A DNA stretch of 64,000 bases from Tubiluchus corallicola (Eukaryota > Animalia > Priapulida): the NCBI GenBank assembly GCA_030141605.1, contig JAQGDQ010000068.1, forward strand, positions 558,001 to 622,000. Direction: 5' to 3'. The position numbers and the translations under genes were made by a program. The notes beneath the pieces were generated by a model. It made no database searches. It was given only the letters and a program-made list of their open reading frames with translations, and was not told where the DNA came from. Positions 1 to 10,797 of the stretch are shown piece by piece. Each line of letters begins with the position of its first letter. Within the stretch, counting starts at the first letter, position 1.

Positions 1-725
1 GCTGAAAACTTTTGAATTGTGCACGATTTAATCCTTGCCATACATATTTGCAGTGTCGACGTGTTTTAAGTTCCCTTATGAATTTCCACAGAGCACTTAT
101 GAACTTATTGTAGCTAAGCATTGCCAAATTTCTACTTTGCACATTTAAATCTTTGCTAAACACTTTTGAATTTTTGCCGTGCTCGTCAAGTCATTGCAGT
201 GCACTTTCTGAAGTTTGACTGCGCGCCTTCAAATCTTTAATTTTCATTTTTTTTTTACTTTTTGTTGCGAGCATTTTAATCTTTGTTGTGCTCTTCATCT
301 GAATTTCTATTGTCGATGTTAAATTTTTGATTTTTAACCTTTGATTTTGTCGTCTCAGAAGTTTGTGTTCCTAATTTGAAATGTTTCCAAGTTCTCAAAC
401 TATTTCACTTGTAAACAAGTTGTAAACGTGTAAATATATTACATGAGTAAAGCTTTAGACACACAACATATGTAGTTTATGGAAATTTAAGTCATTTATA
501 AATGTAACAACTGAAAATCAATTATCGTAAACTCTCACTCCATGGAAGATGTCATGCAAGCACCTAAAAATGAGTGAGCGCTTCCGCTTTAAAAGGAAGT
601 TGTGCACCTCGTATCACTTGACAGTTTCCGGCGAGATGTTACACTTAACTGGATATTGTATTAATTAAAATGCTAAACACCAGCTTAAGCTGCATTTTAA
701 AAGTTGTGCAGTGCAGAAACTCGAA

Positions 726-810
726 ATGAAAGGCGATGGCGTTATTATCGATGTGGGTGACAATAAAAGTCTCTTTACTTATTTTTCGGATTTTACATAT
801 AGGTGGGAAG
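726..810 (+). CDS. FFAR4/GPR120-like class A GPCR, paralog 1, coding exon 1 (N-terminus)
   Basis: ATG at 726 is the first ATG after an in-frame TAA (666). Encodes MKGDGVIIDVGDNKSLFTYFSDFTYRWE-G, then a phase-1 donor G|GTATGC. NKSLFTYFSDF resembles the FFAR4 N-terminal NRTRFPFFSDV, including the N-glycosylation sequon. Confidence 0.85.
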
Positions 811-1168
811 GTATGCAGATTTGTTTAGACTTTTAAAACATCTTCTCATAACGTTGCTCTTTGTTCATCGCGACACAGTGAAAAGTGCAACGTACGAGTG
901 GTGTCAGTCTCTCTTAGTAAGTTAGTTATCACGTCAGTCTTTACATACGTCAATAAATCTTCATCATCACCATCACATTCATTGTGAGTCAGAAACAGCA
1001 TCGTCAATTATCATCATCATTATCACCGTAATTATCATTATTGTCATCATCGTCGTTGTCGCCGTCGTCGTAACCATCCTCATCACCGCCATCACCACTA
1101 TCATCAGTCAAGCACTGCATAACGTTTTTTATTGTGAATTCTCATTGTAAGAATGCAACACTTTTCAG

Positions 1169-1236
1169 GTGCCCCATATGTTGAGTGTGCTGTGCTCGTC
1201 TTACTCATGACTACTTCATTTGTAGGAAATGTTCTC
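1169..1236 (+). CDS. FFAR4-like GPCR paralog 1, coding exon 2 (TM1)
   Basis: 68-nt exon between CTTTTCAG| and |GTAAGT, encoding (G)APYVECAVLVLLMTTSFVGNVL with the TM1 GN motif. Phases 1 and 0 fit the flanking exons. Confidence 0.9.
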
Positions 1237-1748
1237 GTAAGTACTAGGTCTATAATAAGCCTATAAGTTGTAATGGCATCTAATTTTTCTTAAGTTTGTC
1301 ATACGCATTACTTGCAACGTAGAACAATAATTGAAAACGTCCTGATGTATTTGACATTTATTGACGCAAGTCTAGATCAGTGTCTGCAAAATTACATTAA
1401 TCATAATTTGAGTGACTACATTAATTTAGTGTCTATATAGTAAAATAATATGTGTAAACAGTGACAAATATTAATATCCCCTGACTGTAGAGTAATAATA
1501 ATGTCCCATATAAGTAAATAGTGAAGCACCTTTACAGTAAAATAATGTCTATATCCAGGGGCAACTATTAACGCCTCCTAACTGTAATTGTGTAATGATG
1601 AAGTGTACATGTAAGAAAATATTAAAACAAATCCAAATATTAACATTCAAAAAGCAAACAGATTATACCAAATGTCACTTTCTTTAATGTTAATATTCGT
1701 ATCATCTTAATTGAAATTTGAGCGCTCATTTAAATAATCACATTTCAG

Positions 1749-2909
1749 GTCATCACATCCGTTTACAGATACCACAGAATGCGCACTGTCACTAACTACT
1801 TCATCGTCAGCTTGGCGACATCCGACATGATGTTTGCGTCTTGCATTCCTATTGTCATCATCACTCGTTTTTCTGTCAACTGGATTCTTGGCTCAGCAGC
1901 GTGCACGCTCTTCGACGGCGTCATGTTCGTCTCAGGAATTAACTCGATCTTGACGCTGACCGTGATCAGCCTGGATCGAAAAAACGTCATCTGCTCCAGC
2001 AGTCGCAATAGGATGACGAGAAAGAAAGCCTGGAAATGGATAGCCACCACGTGGACTTTTTCCATACTGTTTTCCATTCCCGTATTTGCAGCTCACATGG
2101 TACACCGCATTGAACAGGACGGTGAACTGTACGTTTTCTGTGCCGTCTTTTGGCCAAGATGGTTTAAATCCATGTATTATATGATTCCTTTTGGCATTAT
2201 GTTTTTCATCGTTCCGCTAATTATAATGAGTTACTCATATTGCATGATTTTTCGCACAGTTAAAGAATCGCACCAAAGACTCTCTAACCTAAAGGTACAC
2301 AATACAAAGATTCCCAACAGACATAAGGCTACTAAAGCCAGAATGCGACTGGTTAGAATGTTTATATTACTTGTAAGCTTGTTTGCAGTTGAGTATCTTA
2401 TCTTTTTTGTCATCCTGTTTCTAATAATTCTTGTCGATCGCTTTGCCTCGATTTGGTTCTTTGTAGGAATCTGCATCGTTCTTCTCAATACTGTCCAAAA
2501 TCCAATCATTTACGGCGTGATGAATCCGAACTTTCGGAATTGTTTTATCCGGATTCTTGGTTCTCTCTCCGAATGTGTATGCCCGGTACCTGTGCAAAGT
2601 CAGTTTAGGAATGCAGTGGAAAGGGCTACCATGCGCAAGTTGGACAAAACTAGCACTTCTGAATCGAAGATGGATCGGACGTCCAGTTTTACTAGATCCA
2701 GAGTCGACACGAACAAGAATATTTATGCGAGACAAAAATCAGACGCAAGCAATAAGACTGTCATAACTGTTATGCCAAGTCCACGGCTAACCACTAGAAA
2801 ACGAGACAATGAAAATTGCTCAGAGCAAACTTACACTAATAACTTAGACTTTCTAGACAAAGTAGAGATAACTCCAGAATGTGTAGATCTTCATGGCGCT
2901 GATGATTAA
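1749..2909 (+). CDS. FFAR4-like GPCR paralog 1, coding exon 3 (TM2-TM7 and C-tail); full protein ~437 aa
   Basis: Acceptor CATTTCAG| at 1748 is in frame with ORF 1779..2909. Rhodopsin-family motifs: SLATSD, WILG..C, DRK, TM4 W, FCAVFWP, NPIIY. Long Ser/Thr-rich C-tail. Confidence 0.92.
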   Translation, partial: VITSVYRYHRMRTVTNYFIVSLATSDMMFASCIPIVIITRFSVNWILGSAACTLFDGVMFVSGINSILTLTVISLDRKNVICSSSRNRMTRKKAWKWIATTWTFSILFSIPVFAAHMVHRIEQDGELYVFCAVFWPRWFKSMYYMIPFGIMFFIVPLIIMSYSYCMIFRTVKESHQRLSNLKVHNTKIPNRHKATKARMRLVRMFILLVSLFAVEYLIFFVILFLIILVDRFASIWFFVGICIVLLNTVQNPIIYGVMNPNFRNCFIRILGSLSECVCPVPVQSQFRNAVERATMRKLDKTSTSESKMDRTSSFTRSRVDTNKNIYARQKSDASNKTVITVMPSPRLTTRKRDNENCSEQTYTNNLDFLDKVEITPECVDLHGADD

Positions 2910-3489
2910 CGCATATTCTGTATAAAAATTTGCAGCAAGAGAGTGACTTTAAAACATTAAAAAATACGAGATGAGACTTTTATATATATATATATGTATA
3001 TATATATGTAAAAATGTAAGACCACGAAGCATTATCCAAATTAGCTCATTAAAACTTGGAAAACTTGGTAAAATACTGCAGGCACGGGGCCAAAACGTTG
3101 TTTTTGTACATTGTGTGCAATAGCATTAATTTTTAATATTTTTCTTTATTTTCACTTTCAGATTCTTTTTCTCTGAAACTATGTATTCAGAAAATTCTAG
3201 ACCAAAGACACCCAGCTCAGAACCTTTATCATAAAGTTTTTTGAGTATTCGGGTGCAACATGTTATCGTCTTGTTTACCTGTTACTTCACTTGCCTTATA
3301 CTTCCTGGGCTTCGGCACATTCATGGTTAACTTTAGGGAAAAACCACTTAATTGGGCAAAGTTAAAAACCAACATCAATTTCCTATCTTTGGTGAAAACG
3401 CCAATCAGCTTTTTTAATTCTTTTTCTTAAAGCTATCCAAGGCTTTCATTAGTTTGTCATCTGTGATCGACGGTCGGCTTACGGAAAAG

Positions 3490-4010
3490 TTGACCAACGA
3501 TAAGGTATGAACTTTGGACTGTCATAATCACGGGAACACGGTGGTCTAGTGATTATTGCGTCGACGATGTAGCCGAAGGTCTCTGGTTCAAATCAGGTTG
3601 TGTTACAACTTTTTACATATCCTGTTTTCCAAGTTTGGTACCAAAATTTAATTAATTGTGGGTTTGTACCATCATTAATAATAATCTTAACATTTATGTT
3701 ACAAACAATTGATTAATTACTCACAGAAATTTCAGGCTCAAATTTAAACAAATAAAAATTATCTGATTAGTTAAATGCACTCTATTGTAAGCTATCTAAC
3801 ATTGAAAATACTGACATGGCTAACCGCTAAAAGGTTTAAACTTTGCTCTGTCATAATTGCTGGGGAACACAGCGACCTAGTGGTTATGGCGTCGGCCTTG
3901 TGAGCCGAAGGTCTCTGGCTCAAAAACAGACTCTGTTCCATCTTTACACATTTCTATCTTTCGAGTTTGGAATCAAAATTTAATTGATTGTGAAGGGTTT
4001 ATGCTATCAC
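3490..4010 (+). mobile_element. tRNA-headed ~331-bp tandem repeat (SINE-like), ~1.5 units
   Basis: Degenerate tRNA-like heads at ~3532 and ~3862 (A-box-like TGGTCTAGTG, B-box-like GGTTCAAATC). Each is followed by the same AT-rich body (AGTTTGGTACCAAAATTTAATT...). Confidence 0.65.
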
Positions 4011-6202
4011 TACAAGCTTTCCCTTCTTTCCCAACATCTGATTTGAGAACGCGCAACGTTACAGATCAGACCAGAAAACACCTGTGACAAAGTTTTGTAC
4101 ACAGCTCTGCAATTTTTTGCTACTTGAAATTAAACAAGCAAATCGTTTATCATTATTCGAAGCTAAAGTGAAAAATGAGCAAGTTCAAACACCTTACAAA
4201 CTTCCATGACAACGTAGTGGCTGGCAACTATTGCCACTGCTGCTGCTGCTGCTCAAAATTGATAGCTTATTTGTGGTCATTTTTGATCATGCCCCCCCCA
4301 CCTCCCCGATACAGCTACATATCAACAAAAGCAAAAAAGTGATATGCGCCACTGTGCACTTAAAACAGCTAAAAAGCTGAATCCTTAAAGTTAAAAAGGA
4401 AGTTCTGTTGACAGTCATGATTGCCTAGTGAGGCGCCCACAGGCTACAGCTACGCTGCGTGAAAAAAGTAATTTGTCTTTCGACAACCTTCAACCTGCAC
4501 AGATCCAGTACCTTTAAAATATATTTACCTTTAAAAAGATAAAATAGCTTCAAGCTAGCTCCAGGAGCTTAATGTTAAATGTGCCTGCAAAATGCAATGG
4601 TAACATTTCAACAGTTGCTGGAACTACTGATTGTTTATTTAATATACAGAAGTTAATCTACCTAAATCAGTTTGAACGGCTGTAGGTAAATGAAAAATAA
4701 TAATACTGCGAGCTGTAGCATAGCGCCTGTAGACTCTGTACATACTTGGTAAGTTTCCAAGATTTTTAGTAATTTTTATTAGCAAATTTATTTACATACT
4801 TTTGTTGTTGCAGTAGTTGTTGTTATTATTATCACCATTATTATTCTTATTGTCGTTGTTGGATTTATTTTTGGATAAAGCTAGACACTTTCGCATACAA
4901 AAAAGCAGACAAATTAAAATACACTTTGTTTAATTTTGCCAACAGTTTTACTTCATTGCCGTTTTGGTATTATGTAGTTATTTCTGACGTTAATATTTTC
5001 ACCATTATACGTGAAGTGACTGCAGTTTTTAAATAATTAAGGCGTCTTTATGTCTCGTTTTAAACGAAATCTCTGATTATTTGATTATAGGCTTGCAAAG
5101 CTCTACAGTAAAAAAGAAGTTTGTGATGTTGAAGAATTTACTTAAAATATAAATAAATGTAAAATATTACTTTTTTACTCAACTTTACTTTAAAGTTTGC
5201 AGAGAAAAAAATTATTGTCATTATCATCTCCCGATTGTCATCGTTAACACCAATAATAGTTCGTCCCTTTTGAATCTTTCTCGGTTTTGCGATTTTTTTG
5301 TTGTGTTGAGACCATTTTTGTTGTGTATGCCAAGTTTCATTCATACATCGGAAAGTCGTAAAGTCTTTCGGACGAAAGCCAGAAAGTAAAACGTGAATGA
5401 ACGAACGAACGAACGAACGAACGAATGAATGAGTGAATGAATGTCTTAAGGAATAAATGAATAAGTAAATGTAAGTACAATAACTGCAGCACATTCCTAG
5501 GAGGACCACCACGGGCTGCTACTATTTTCAAGGCCATTGCAAGTCAGGCAAAATAAACGTTTTAGAAAAAAAATTGAAAAGGACAAGCGACAAAACTATC
5601 TACAATCTTTCACTATTGCTGTTAACACCGTATTGTGTAAACATAAACTGTCTTGCTTCTAAGCCTTATTTACATTTAATTTGGCGTTTTCTATCGGTAT
5701 TACTATGTGTTGAATTTCAATGGTTTACACATACGCATTTTTACAAAGGATATTTTTACACAAGAGGCAGTTCATATATTTCAACTGAAGACTTAATTGA
5801 CACCTTGTGTCTTAACAATTTCCAATTGTCAAAGAATTTGTGTGAGACTGGTGCGTGAATTAAGTAAGTGCCTAAGTGCTTTCTGATCTTATTCGCATAG
5901 TGCATGTTGTGTGTTGGCATACATTTTATATGGAATGTAAACAGACGTCCAGTGTGTAGAGATATACCTCGGCAAATTCTATGGGGAAATCTAAATATTG
6001 ATAGGACACTTGTCCGCCTGTCCAGTTATCTACGTCTCGAAATGTCTGCCTGTAGGTAAAATACGACGTTTTTACATTGCATTTCTACATCAGTTTTAGC
6101 TAGGACAAAATTGCACAACTGGCAAGTGAAGCGTCACATATAAATGCACTTTTACAATTCGTTTTCTTGTCTTATTTAGGCTTATCTGTTGATGCCTAAA
6201 CG

Positions 6203-7915
6203 ATGATGCTGTATAGGACCCTCTTCTATTGTGGTTCAAGATTCCAAGCATTTAACAAAAAGACTCTAGTGACATCCACAGCTTTGCTGGTGGATCAGAG
6301 GCAATTCCATTACGAAAAAGAAAATAAGAGTGGCAAAGGGTGGTGGCACAAGGCAGTAGTCGGAGCAGTCGGAACAACTTTTGGAATAGCAGCTTATTAT
6401 ACTCGCGAGGAGTCTGGACAAGCATGGGCAAGTTTCTGGAAGAAGGAGGTTCAAAAGGAGGTTCCTGTTTCAAAAGACACATTCAAGGAAGCAGGCGATG
6501 TGAAAGACGGATTGCCCACGTATGCAATGGATGAGGTATCCCAACACGATACCTTGAAAAAGGGAGTTTGGGTAACATACAGGAACGGTGTGTATGACAT
6601 TACTAAATACCTGCCAAAGCATCCGGGAATGGACAAAATGATGATGGCAGCTGGAGGTTCTGTGGAACCGTTTTGGGAAATGTTTGCTATACATCAACGT
6701 AATCAGGAAATTCACGATTTGATAGAAGAGTTTCGTATAGGAAATTTGAAAGTAACAGAGAGCAGTTCCACTGAGCTTAAGAACTCCACAGATCCATTTG
6801 CCAATGAGCCGCATCGACACAAACTTTTGACTCCTTCTAGCACGAAGCCATATAACGCGGAACCGCCATTAGTGATACTGAAAGACAGTTTCTTTACACC
6901 AAATGAGTTATTTTACGTTCGTAACCATCTACCAGTGCCTGAGATGGACGTCAAAGATTACGAAATTGAAATCACCGGGATTGGTATTAAGGAGAAATTT
7001 CTGACCTTGGCAGACATTAAAAAATTCAAAATGCATACCATTGTTGCAGGACTGCAATGTGGCGGAAACCGCAGAAGTGAAATGAGAGCAACTAAAGCAC
7101 TGAAAGGGCTTAATTGGAATGGTGCAGCAATTGGTAACGCAATGTGGTCCGGAGCACGTCTCTGTGACGTTTTGAAGGCTGCTGGATTCAAAGAAGATGA
7201 AGAACGAATTCTCCATGTACAGTTTGAAGGCGCAGATACAGATCCAGCTGGATTTCCATATGGCGCATCAATTCCCATAGAGAAAGCAATGGATCCTCAT
7301 GGCGATGTACTCCTCGTTTATGAAATGAATGGTCAGCCCTTGTCCAGAGACCACGGCTATCCTATACGTGTCTTAATACCCGGTGTGATAGGTGCACGAA
7401 GTGTAAAATGGCTCACCCGGATTGTTGTGTCAGATACGGAAAGTGATTCCCATTGGCAACAGAATGATTATAAGGGCTTCAGTCCTTCAGTGGACTGGGA
7501 CACCGTCGACTTCTCTAAAAGCCCTGCTATACAGGACATGCCTGTTACCTCACTGATTTGTGAACCCTCTTCAGATGATACTGTAAAAGTCAAGAACGAT
7601 AAAGTGGAAGTCTCAGGGTATGCCTGGGCAGGCGGAGGAAGAAGCATAATTCGTGTGGACTTGACAGCTGACGGCGGACAAACGTGGTATGAGGCGAAGT
7701 TGATTTCACAAGACTCAGCAAGGCCACCTAGACATTGGGGTTGGACCTTGTGGACTGCAGAAATACCCGTGCCATGCGAGAAGAGAGAAGTTGAGATTTG
7801 GGCAAAAGCTATCGATTCTGGGTACAACACTCAACCGGAAAGTTTTCAAAACATTTGGAACCTTCGCGGTCTTTTGTCACATGCCTATCATCGCATCAAA
7901 CTGAAATTAGAATAG
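6203..7915 (+). CDS. SUOX: Sulfite oxidase, mitochondrial
   Basis: 570-aa ORF. N-terminal basic presequence plus hydrophobic segment; cytochrome b5 heme domain (WVTY...YDITKYLPKHPG, second His in FAIH); Moco domain (FYVRNHLPVP, QCGGNRR, DHGYPIR, GARSVKW); dimerisation domain ending WNLRGLLSHAYH. A splice acceptor TTATTTAG| at 6179 suggests an upstream 5'UTR exon. Confidence 0.97.
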   Translation: MMLYRTLFYCGSRFQAFNKKTLVTSTALLVDQRQFHYEKENKSGKGWWHKAVVGAVGTTFGIAAYYTREESGQAWASFWKKEVQKEVPVSKDTFKEAGDVKDGLPTYAMDEVSQHDTLKKGVWVTYRNGVYDITKYLPKHPGMDKMMMAAGGSVEPFWEMFAIHQRNQEIHDLIEEFRIGNLKVTESSSTELKNSTDPFANEPHRHKLLTPSSTKPYNAEPPLVILKDSFFTPNELFYVRNHLPVPEMDVKDYEIEITGIGIKEKFLTLADIKKFKMHTIVAGLQCGGNRRSEMRATKALKGLNWNGAAIGNAMWSGARLCDVLKAAGFKEDEERILHVQFEGADTDPAGFPYGASIPIEKAMDPHGDVLLVYEMNGQPLSRDHGYPIRVLIPGVIGARSVKWLTRIVVSDTESDSHWQQNDYKGFSPSVDWDTVDFSKSPAIQDMPVTSLICEPSSDDTVKVKNDKVEVSGYAWAGGGRSIIRVDLTADGGQTWYEAKLISQDSARPPRHWGWTLWTAEIPVPCEKREVEIWAKAIDSGYNTQPESFQNIWNLRGLLSHAYHRIKLKLE

Positions 7916-8429
7916 AGAGAAACTGTCACATTCCAATTTTGCGCCACCATTATTTTTTGTTAGTAGCGATTGCATCACTGGTTTTCAATCGTCAGACGTC
8001 AATACATATTGCTTAGTAAACATGATCTACATAATATTGGTCAGAAGCCCACGCTTGTATATATGTCCACTGGGATTTGACAAACACGTGGACGCCTGAT
8101 GGTCCACTAAAAATTATACTGGAAAGGGGTGTCGTATGAAAGTAGTGAACCCATTTAGGAGCTTATCAATACCTAGAAGTCATTACAAGTGATCTAAATG
8201 AGCTTATGATGCTCGACAAACAGATCAAAGTTGGAAGCAGATCGCAAATTAAAATTAAGACAATTGACGGTATACTCGGTAGTCTTGTGATCCATTGAGC
8301 CAATTGTGCATTGAGCCCGTTGTGTATGAGCCATTGTAAGCTTGCAAAATTATCTTTTTCTGCGCTTTCCGTAGCAAAAACTCAGCAGAGACGCCTAAAT
8401 AATCAAGAACGGAAACTGCTTAGTATAGT

Positions 8430-8830
8430 CTTAAGTAGAATTACCCAGCATCCGGATGGGTATGCGTATGCGTTTTCCACCTGCAGAACAGTCTGCGGAA
8501 TAGCCTACGGAAAAAAGCACTAGGAACAGCTTACAAAAAAAAGAATAACGCATACGCATACTGCATAAAAACGGGTGCATTGAAAACGATATATTAACCG
8601 ATTTTATCTATTCCGCACACCCCAAAACGCATACGCATTCCGGAATGCGTATGCATTATGGAGGTGCGAAATAGATAAAATCGATTTATATTATTTCCGA
8701 TATCAGACCTGCGTTATGCGTTATTTATTCTGTAGCTATTTTTCGTATTGATTTTTTATTCCATTCCACAGCTATCCCGCAGGTGGATAACGCATACGCA
8801 TTCCGGAAGCTAAGTAAACGGCACTTTAAG
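8430..8830. mobile_element. Foldback/palindromic MITE-like element
   Basis: Imperfect ~400-bp palindrome centred on GCATACGCATTCC|GGAATGCGTATGC (8641/8642). Outer arms CCGGATGGGTATGCGTATGCGTTTTCCACCTGC and GCAGGTGGATAACGCATACGCATTCCGG. TTAA at both ends. Confidence 0.7.
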
Positions 8831-9325
8831 CTTAAACCAATATATGTACATACATATATACGTATACTTTATTTGTCATGAAATGGATTACAATAAAATT
8901 ACAATCCTCAGTGTAAAAATATTTTCGATAATAAAACGCTGTTAAAGGCAAATGCGTCTGGTGCAAAATTACAAACTACTAATTAAAAAACTAAAAGCAA
9001 TGACATTCATAGATACAATAGGTTCACAATACTATACGTAGGCATCATACAATTTAAAGTACATTACAATATGCACATAATATATAATACTTAACACAAT
9101 GCATAGGTACAATACAATGAGTAAAATACATAATAAACGTAAGACAAAACTTTCTTCAGTTATCACAATATACACATTACACTCGTATATAATACCTAAC
9201 AAAAATTACTTATACAGATTGCTGTTTTAATTTACGAATTATGTTTACAAGAAAGGTTTATACATAAGAACTAATATTATGCGATTATACATAGCACTCT
9301 ATTTTTATTAACAACACCAAGCAAA

Positions 9326-9565
9326 TTGCATAATTATTACAATTTTAATATCAAGATTATTATTAATGATGGAACAAGCTTATTAAATTTTGGTACCAAA
9401 TCCAAAAGACAGGAAATCCAGGGACATTCTGCTCACAAAGCAGACGCTTTAGACCACTCGGTCATTGCATCTCACAGTGGTCAAGGCAGTCCAAAGTTCT
9501 TCCCTATAGTTGGCCAACCGAATTCAGCATTTCCAATGTTAGGCCGCTCGCACTAGAATGATTTT
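9326..9565 (-). mobile_element. tRNA-headed repeat, reverse-orientation partial unit
   Basis: The reverse complement contains CCGAGTGGTCTAAAGCG and the shared body TTTGGTACCAAAATTTAAT...TTCCATCATTAATAATAATCTT. Confidence 0.6.
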
Positions 9566-9599
9566 AAGTAATTATTTTTTCATTTCAATTATTTTTTGT

Positions 9600-10100
9600 C
9601 CTAAAAATTGGCCAGCTATCGGGATGAACTAGGAGATACGGTGCCCGAGTGGTCTAAGGCGACTATTTGGTAAGCAGACGGCCTTTTTTCAAATCCAGGC
9701 TGTTTACCAACTTTTCACATTTCCTGTCTTTCAAGTTTGGTATCAAAATTTAATCAATTGTGTGGGTCTGTTCCATCACTAACAATAATCTTTACTTTAA
9801 AATTATAACAAGTAATTGATTACCCACAGAAATTTCAAGCCCAAAATTAATAAAATTAAAAAATAATAATTAGCTAGCTAGATTCACTCTAGTGTGAGCA
9901 ATTCTAACATTGGAAGTGCTGATTTCGGTTGGTCAGCTATATGGATAAACATTGGACGGTTGACAGATACATAGGCCGCGTAGTCTAAGGCGCCTGGCTT
10001 GTAAACAGAAGGTTTCTGGTTCAAATCCAGGCTGTATCACAACTGTGTCACATTTCGTGTTTTCCAAATTTGGTATCAAAATTTAATTAATTGTGGGTTT
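9600..10100 (+). mobile_element. tRNA-headed ~331-bp tandem repeat, ~1.5 units
   Basis: Heads at ~9634 and ~9965 (spacing 331). The second head GGCCGCGTAGTCTAAGGCGCCTGGCTTGTAAACAGAAGGTTTCTGGTTCAAATCCAGG has D-arm-, anticodon-loop- and T-loop-like elements. Confidence 0.65.
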
Positions 10101-10720
10101 ATTTCGTCTTGCAAATTACATGTTTCCTTTCTGCTAATTATTTCCTAAGTTTGGTGGTGCTTTCATGACTGTAGCGACGACAAGCTTCGTATAGGCAGGA
10201 GGAAATTCACACGGTGACAAGTGCTCTGCCCCGAAATGCCTTAAAATTGTTTCAATGCATGTAGATGCTGAAAGTCCCACAGTGTTTAAACTACATTGTA
10301 TGTACATAAGCTAGAATGTGAATGAAACTATGTCACCATCTTTGTAAATCATTAAAAACTAGGCTTCATTGGCTGATGAGACGTTATGCCGTCAAATTTT
10401 TAGGGTTAACTTTTTAAGGATCAACCGAAGGCTCAACTTTTTAAGAGAAATACAAAATTCCACTCAGACACTTATACCGAAATTGTTGCGTTTTATTAAT
10501 GACGGTGATTTTAACCTAAATTGAAATATGGTTGCACTTTAATCACGATGTCAAATGTGCTGTCAAGAAATCAGTTTTTTAGTTTCTTACATGTTGCATA
10601 CATATAATATTCCAAACTCTTACCTTCATGTATATTTACTTGTTGTCTACTAACATCATTTTACATGTGCTGTGTTGATTTTAGATGAGAAACAAAATAC
10701 ATAATAATAATGTTGATGAC

Positions 10721-10784
<64 letters not shown>

Positions 10785-10797
10785 TTAATAATAATAT
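10721..10797. repeat. (TAA)n microsatellite
   Basis: Directly visible trinucleotide run. Confidence 0.95.

Noticed and set aside
1-350. Loosely periodic TTTAAATCTTTG-like motifs
   Set aside because: Too degenerate to define a unit or termini, and truncated by the window edge.
3532-3606. tRNA-like sequences (also ~3862, ~9634, ~9965) as real tRNA genes
   Set aside because: Stems are broken, the copies diverge from each other, and all share long flanks, so they are repeat-derived pseudo-tRNAs.
6252-8016. Short ORFs overlapping SUOX (and similar ones overlapping both GPCRs and MORN2)
   Set aside because: Shadow or antisense frames of genuine coding sequence, with no recognisable motifs.
10373-10396. 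CTGATGA-GACG..CGTC-AAA hammerhead-like core
   Set aside because: Lacks the essential G of GAAA and has no convincing stems I/III.
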